Under the pieces are notes generated by a model. The model saw nothing but the letters and a program-made list of their open reading frames with translations, was not told the origin of the DNA and did not search any database. Shown here one piece after another: positions 59,661 through 64,000 of a stretch of 64,000 nucleotides of DNA. How positions within the stretch are numbered: the first letter of the stretch is position 1; each line of letters begins with the position of its first letter. The translations under genes were made by a program, and so were the position numbers. Origin of the DNA: Nitrospinota bacterium (lineage in GTDB: Bacteria > Nitrospinota > Nitrospinia > Nitrospinales > VA-1); contig JAOMDP010000002.1 in NCBI GenBank assembly GCA_028345515.1, positions 65,180 through 129,179 on the forward strand. Direction: 5' to 3'.

Positions 59661-61571
59661 TTAATTCCATCCATATGGGAACCCCAACAAGTCTGCCCTT
59701 GCCTTAATTCCCTTAGCAAGTTGATACTCGTTATTTAAATTTAAATGATTTATCAAACTCAAAAATATGGAACGACCTAAAATAGGATTGGCCCAATAAA
59801 AATTAACATGTTGCATAACAAACATGTTTTTAGTTTTGTTTGAAATATTCTTACTTTCCGGCAAAGAATTAAAAAGCACGAATTTGTAATTAGGATCGCT
59901 ACCTTGCTTTATAGCTTTCACAAACTCAAGGTAATCACTTATGAATGGATTTTGTTTATAGTTTTTCTGAAATTTTAATCTTTCCTTTTCAAAAGATATA
60001 TTTTTTAATAAAGGATTTAATTGTATTGATTTTAATAAATATTTTTTAGAAAGATTTTCTTCTTTTATTATTAAGTAAAGGCAACTCAATATCCAAGGAG
60101 TAATAGAATTATCAGGGCTCATCAAAATGGATTTTTTCAATAAGCTTTCAAGTTTTCTAAAAAGTTTTGGCTTTTTAGTATCTTCGTGAAACTGAAGCAA
60201 ACTTCCCAAGGCAAACTCGTTGATCGCCCTCACATAAATAAATACTTTAAGATTTTTATGTGAAGAACTGCAAAAAGTTTTACTTAAAGCAACGCAACCC
60301 GAACCTGCAAGATCTTCAATTCTATTAGAGGCAAAAATACTTTTTAAATAATCCAGTTCAAGTTTATTATTCGACCAACTTGCCTTGGAAATATTTATTT
60401 TATTATTATTTACTAAACCAATTATGGGCTCCAATAATTTAAATGCCATAATCCTATTACCCGACCCAGTTGGATGAACAGGGTCGAAAAAGAAGTCATT
60501 TTTACCAGGTATATTAATTGAAAGGCCATTATCAACATAAGATGCATGAGGATACTCTCTGGCCAATTTAATTTTAATTTCACTAGTAGATAGGAGCGCT
60601 TTTTGACGGTATGTTAACTCCCGAGTATTCATATTCCCGAACTGAACATATTCTTTAAAATTTTTTACGGAATTTTTTTCATAAACCCCTGGTAATCCCA
60701 TTAAAATTAATTTTATATTTTTTTCTTTTGTTTTTTCAGCAATCTCGCGCAAATTATTCTCATAAAGATCCAGGTTTTTCTTCAAAACATTAAACCCTAA
60801 TTCTGAATTTGTTTTTTTTACTAGTTCGATAATTTCAAGACGTAATAAACGAAATATATTTGACTTAATTAATAAAGGGTGGTGACTTTCACAATAATCC
60901 CTAGAGTTTGTTATGTCAGCTGATCTGAATTTGTTTATATCGTTCCAACCACTCATTAGAACTAGCAGATCCGGTTTCAATTCAATAATTTCATTTTGAA
61001 ATCTTGTTTTTATCTGACATGTATTATGACCCCACATACCAGCATTAATTACCTGGAAATATTCTTTTTTAGTTTTTGATTGATTTAGCATTCGCTCTAA
61101 AATTCTTGGATACGTCAATTCATTTTCATGCATCCCCGCAGTAGTGGAACCTCCCATAGTGACAATTCGAAAAATATTAGAATCCTTCTTTTTTACAAAG
61201 TAAGGCCCTCTATACCCTAAGCTGTTAATTGCAATATCACCATTTTCATTACGTATAATTCCTTCCTTTTTATTAAAATTTAATTTTGTTGATATAAGTT
61301 TCTTTGATACAACCTTATTGAGTTTGCCTTTCATGATTGTCTGAACCTCTATCGGAAAACTCTTTGTTTCCTTATCCATTGCTGCTTTACGTATCCTATA
61401 ACCTAAATTTTCATCATACTCCATAAAAGGATGATGCTTTTCCATCAACCCAATAATCCCATAAATATTTTTATTGGTAATTATATTTCCCGAAAACCAC
61501 TCCAGAGCCGCAAAGATTAAACTATTAATCAAAATAGTGAAAAATATAATTTTTTTCATTTTTGTTTGCAT
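59661..61571 (-). CDS. Membrane-anchored SGNH/GDSL-type hydrolase with helical-repeat C-terminal domain
   Basis: N-terminal TM. Block I IVTMGGSTTAG, block II NAGMWGHN, block III LMSGWNDI, block V DPVHPTGSG. 636 aa. Confidence 0.7.
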   Translation of the reverse strand: MQTKMKKIIFFTILINSLIFAALEWFSGNIITNKNIYGIIGLMEKHHPFMEYDENLGYRIRKAAMDKETKSFPIEVQTIMKGKLNKVVSKKLISTKLNFNKKEGIIRNENGDIAINSLGYRGPYFVKKKDSNIFRIVTMGGSTTAGMHENELTYPRILERMLNQSKTKKEYFQVINAGMWGHNTCQIKTRFQNEIIELKPDLLVLMSGWNDINKFRSADITNSRDYCESHHPLLIKSNIFRLLRLEIIELVKKTNSELGFNVLKKNLDLYENNLREIAEKTKEKNIKLILMGLPGVYEKNSVKNFKEYVQFGNMNTRELTYRQKALLSTSEIKIKLAREYPHASYVDNGLSINIPGKNDFFFDPVHPTGSGNRIMAFKLLEPIIGLVNNNKINISKASWSNNKLELDYLKSIFASNRIEDLAGSGCVALSKTFCSSSHKNLKVFIYVRAINEFALGSLLQFHEDTKKPKLFRKLESLLKKSILMSPDNSITPWILSCLYLIIKEENLSKKYLLKSIQLNPLLKNISFEKERLKFQKNYKQNPFISDYLEFVKAIKQGSDPNYKFVLFNSLPESKNISNKTKNMFVMQHVNFYWANPILGRSIFLSLINHLNLNNEYQLAKGIKARADLLGFPYGWN

Positions 61572-61957
61572 CTTTTAAATAATCGATGAATTCAATCGTT
61601 CTTCGATTTATATAAAGTTATTTAATAGGATTATAAAAAAGGCGAAAAACTAGGAAATTATGATGGGAAGTTGCCTTTTGTTTTTACAATGCTATTATAG
61701 CAGCGTTTATTGAAAATTTTCTTATTTGGCCCTATTGCCTAGCGTCTAAAACGCTGACTTCTCAAGCCGGCGAATTTATCAACGACCGATGAGGCCATCC
61801 AGCCCATTTATAATATGTTAGTATAACTTGCCAAAATTCTTTCCCAACTAAATGCTTGATACAAACCTAAAACACAGGTCATTTCTTATATTGATATGGA
61901 TTAAGTTTTGGAGGATTTAGTCTGAAAAAGATTTTTCAAAAATATTTAAAACTTTGC

Positions 61958-63004
61958 TTGGCCAATCTTATTATATTTTTTTTATTTTTCGCAATTTTAG
62001 AAGGTGTTGCAAGTTTCTATTATGCTTACCAAGAAGTGCGCCAAAAAATCAAGAAAGAACCGTTTCTTGCTGAACGGCTCCATACTGAATATGATCCATT
62101 ATTAGGGTGGATCAATAAGCCTAATATTTCTATTGATAACATGTATGGTCCGAATGTGTATCTCAAAACTAACGGCCAACGATTTAGGGGGGAAACTGAT
62201 TTCACTACCAACGTTCCAAACGGAAGAATTAGAGTTATATGTTCAGGTGATTCGTTTACCCTTGGTTATGGCGTAGATAACGCGAGCACTTGGTGTAATT
62301 ATCTTGAGCTGATTGACCCACGCATTCAGAGTGTCAACATGGGGCAGGGTGGATATGGCGTTGGCCAGGCTTATCTTTGGTATAAACGCGATGGTGCGCA
62401 ACTCGACCACTCAATACATATCTTCGCCTTCATCAGTGAAGACTTTAAACGCATGATGAAGAAAAGTTTTCTGGGCGTGCCAAAACCATTACTACGTGTA
62501 AGAAATGAAGAAATTATAGTTGAAAACACACCGATCAGTAGATTATCGTTTCGCAAAATTCATGAAAAATACTTAAAATTTTTTAATATTGCTAGACTAG
62601 CCAAAAAAGTTAGAGGAATCAGCTTTTCAGAAAACGTAAATAAGCCCTCGGTTTTAATTGAAAAGGAGATGGAGGAGTTAATAGGAAAAGTTTTTGGCAA
62701 TTTAAAAAAAATTAATAGAGCTAAAAACAGTAAACTTATACTCGTTCATTTACCGACACAATACGAACATAGAAGTGCCTACTATGAAAATATTTACAAA
62801 TTTGTTCGCCAGGAGGCAGAAAAAAAAGGAATTACTTACCTTAATTTAGTTAGGGAAATACGACAAGTTTCTTCTTCCGAAATGGTAAAGTTTTTTTTCC
62901 AAAAAGATATTAAAGATTTCGCCTATTCGAAAGGACATTTGACCCCTATAGGTAATTTGTACGTCGCTAAAAAGATTTCTAAAACTCTTACCAAAAGTAA
63001 TTAA
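61958..63004 (+). CDS. Membrane-anchored SGNH/GDSL-type hydrolase
   Basis: VICSGDSFTLGYG (GDS block), NMGQGGYG, and KGHLTPIG near the C-terminus. The track start is the TTG at 61958. An in-frame CTG at 61922 is preceded by GGAGGA at 6 nt and would give MKKIFQKYLKLC... Confidence 0.7.
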   Translation: MANLIIFFLFFAILEGVASFYYAYQEVRQKIKKEPFLAERLHTEYDPLLGWINKPNISIDNMYGPNVYLKTNGQRFRGETDFTTNVPNGRIRVICSGDSFTLGYGVDNASTWCNYLELIDPRIQSVNMGQGGYGVGQAYLWYKRDGAQLDHSIHIFAFISEDFKRMMKKSFLGVPKPLLRVRNEEIIVENTPISRLSFRKIHEKYLKFFNIARLAKKVRGISFSENVNKPSVLIEKEMEELIGKVFGNLKKINRAKNSKLILVHLPTQYEHRSAYYENIYKFVRQEAEKKGITYLNLVREIRQVSSSEMVKFFFQKDIKDFAYSKGHLTPIGNLYVAKKISKTLTKSN

Positions 63005-63091
63005 TCCTCTGTACCCATATTGAAGTAACAAAAAAAGTCTCCTAAATCTCCCGTCAATATTGCGATCCCTTTCTGCCTGTTCTCTATTTTA

Positions 63092-63119
63092 TTGAAAAAA
63101 TTTGATTTATTGCTAGAAT
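63092..63119 (+). promoter_or_regulatory. Sigma70-like promoter upstream of the tRNA-Glu-like gene
   Basis: TTGAAA (63092-63097), 16-nt spacer, TAGAAT (63114-63119). Ends 9 nt before the tRNA 5' end. Confidence 0.45.
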
Positions 63120-63128
63120 TACCATCAT

Positions 63129-63200
63129 GGCCCCATCGTCTAGCGGCTAGGACGCTGGCCTCTCACGCCGGAAACAGGGGTTCGATTCCCCGTAGTGCCA
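63129..63200 (+). tRNA. tRNA-Glu (anticodon CUC)-like gene with imperfect acceptor stem, no encoded CCA
   Basis: Aligns module by module with E. coli tRNA-Glu. Acceptor GGCCCCA, D arm GTC-TAGCGGCTAG-GAC, anticodon arm CTGGC-CTCTCAC-GCCGG, T arm AGGGG-TTCGATT-CCCCG. The 3' acceptor strand TAGTGCC gives C4-U69 and C6-A67 mismatches, and 49-65 is A-G. Confidence 0.65.
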
Positions 63201-63352
63201 CTTCTTTTTAAGTTCCTAACTTGGGCAGAAGATATAAAGAGGGCTTGTCTATTTTTATATTTGACGCATAGTTTTTAATTTTTTTATATACATAACTGTT
63301 TCTAGATTCTGATATAAAAAAACGGGTTTTTATTTTCACACAAATTAAAACA

Positions 63353-64000
63353 TTGAAAAATTTTTTTAAAATACTTACCGCTCAGCTATTAACAATAATA
63401 ATTGTATTAGTACTTATTGAAATAGGTGGGCAAATATATGCTCGCTTCCATCCAGGCTATGAAACTCTATCGGTGATACCTGATTCAACGGTCGGTTGGA
63501 GGCTGGCCCCCAATTTAAAATATACTTATACAGGTGGCCATTGGTATGCCCATGAATATAGCGCCAGGATCAAGAACAATGCTTTAGGGTTCCGAGATTT
63601 TAATAGAAAAAGGGTTAAACCACCTAACACTAAAAGAATTGCCTTGCTAGGAGATTCCTTAGTGCAGGCAGAACAAGTCGCATTTCAAAATACTCCAGGG
63701 CAAGTTTTAGAGCAACTCTTAAATAACATTTCGCTTAATAGGCCAAGTCAAAATTTTGAAGTTTTGAATTTTGGTATTGGGGGCATCGGCATCGGGCAAA
63801 GTTTATTAGTTTACCGTCAATACGCTCGGGCATTTAATCCCGATTTTGTATTCTTATTCATCTTTATAGATGATATCTATAGGACCATTGCCCCTTTTTC
63901 TTCTATCACTAACACAATTAAAAAAGAACAACAATTGGCAATCCGCCCGGTTTTTAATATAGCACCAAAAGGCATACAAAGTGATTTCAAATCTTTATTA
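63353..64000 (+). CDS. Membrane-anchored SGNH/GDSL-type hydrolase (3' end beyond the window)
   Basis: Hand-translated open frame running off the window, so not in the track. TTG start. TM ILTAQLLTIIIVLVLIEIGG, IALLGDSLV (GDS block), NFGIGGIGIGQ, PDFVFLFIFIDD. Confidence 0.6.
   Translation, partial: MKNFFKILTAQLLTIIIVLVLIEIGGQIYARFHPGYETLSVIPDSTVGWRLAPNLKYTYTGGHWYAHEYSARIKNNALGFRDFNRKRVKPPNTKRIALLGDSLVQAEQVAFQNTPGQVLEQLLNNISLNRPSQNFEVLNFGIGGIGIGQSLLVYRQYARAFNPDFVFLFIFIDDIYRTIAPFSSITNTIKKEQQLAIRPVFNIAPKGIQSDFKSLL

Noticed and set aside
1-64000. CRISPR arrays, rRNA genes, IS elements or transposases
   Set aside because: I saw no regularly spaced short direct repeats, no rRNA-like conserved blocks, and no transposase- or integrase-like ORFs other than xerC. 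The only notable repeat is the 321-bp intragenic duplication.

Overview
64-kb chromosomal window from an AT-rich bacterium (roughly 35-40% GC by eye, not computed). It is probably diderm, since it encodes a Pal-like OmpA lipoprotein, Bpt and HslVU. All family calls come from motif recognition in the supplied translations; no searches were run. About 85% of the window is tightly packed housekeeping DNA: coaBC and panBCD (CoA/pantothenate), a deoxynucleoside kinase, mutL, rnd, tsaB, xerC-hslV-hslU-argB (codVWX-like synteny), hrcA-grpE, mutM, a B12-radical-SAM enzyme, ilvD, dnaE, ald, bpt, a lysA-like gene divergent from speA, suhB-mnmA-rsmD, and two tRNAs (Gln-CUG, and a Glu-CUC-like gene with a mismatched acceptor stem). 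Several convergent gene pairs overlap at their stops, so the genome is compact. The best novelty candidates are as follows. (1) An 18/19 match to the Fur-box consensus sits on the -10 of a promoter at 55.3 kb. It faces an uncharacterised envelope locus: two tiny membrane peptides, a secreted four-module CbiX-like chelatase-fold protein, a secreted Cys/RGD protein made of two 321-bp repeats that differ by one base by eye, and a Pal-like lipoprotein. (2) A BacNaV-type voltage-gated channel has the selectivity filter TLEDWTD, the Asp pattern that makes engineered NaChBac/NavAb calcium-selective. It lies next to a His-rich internally duplicated metal-binding-like protein. (3) A translationally coupled operon encodes a PCYCGC-like protein, a TlpA-like thioredoxin, a Met/His/acidic anchored protein and an orphan b6-type cytochrome b, with no Rieske or c-type partner nearby. 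(4) A stand-alone EB_dh (NxrC/EbdC-like) heme-domain protein. (5) The tRNA-Gln to tRNA-Glu segment (54.3-63.2 kb) and the DNA beyond it look accessory, with three membrane-anchored SGNH-hydrolase paralogues. No CRISPR array, transposase, phage integrase or rRNA was seen. Lineage cannot be assigned from this window; the EB_dh protein and b6-type cytochrome b only weakly suggest a Nitrospinota/Nitrospirota-like organism.
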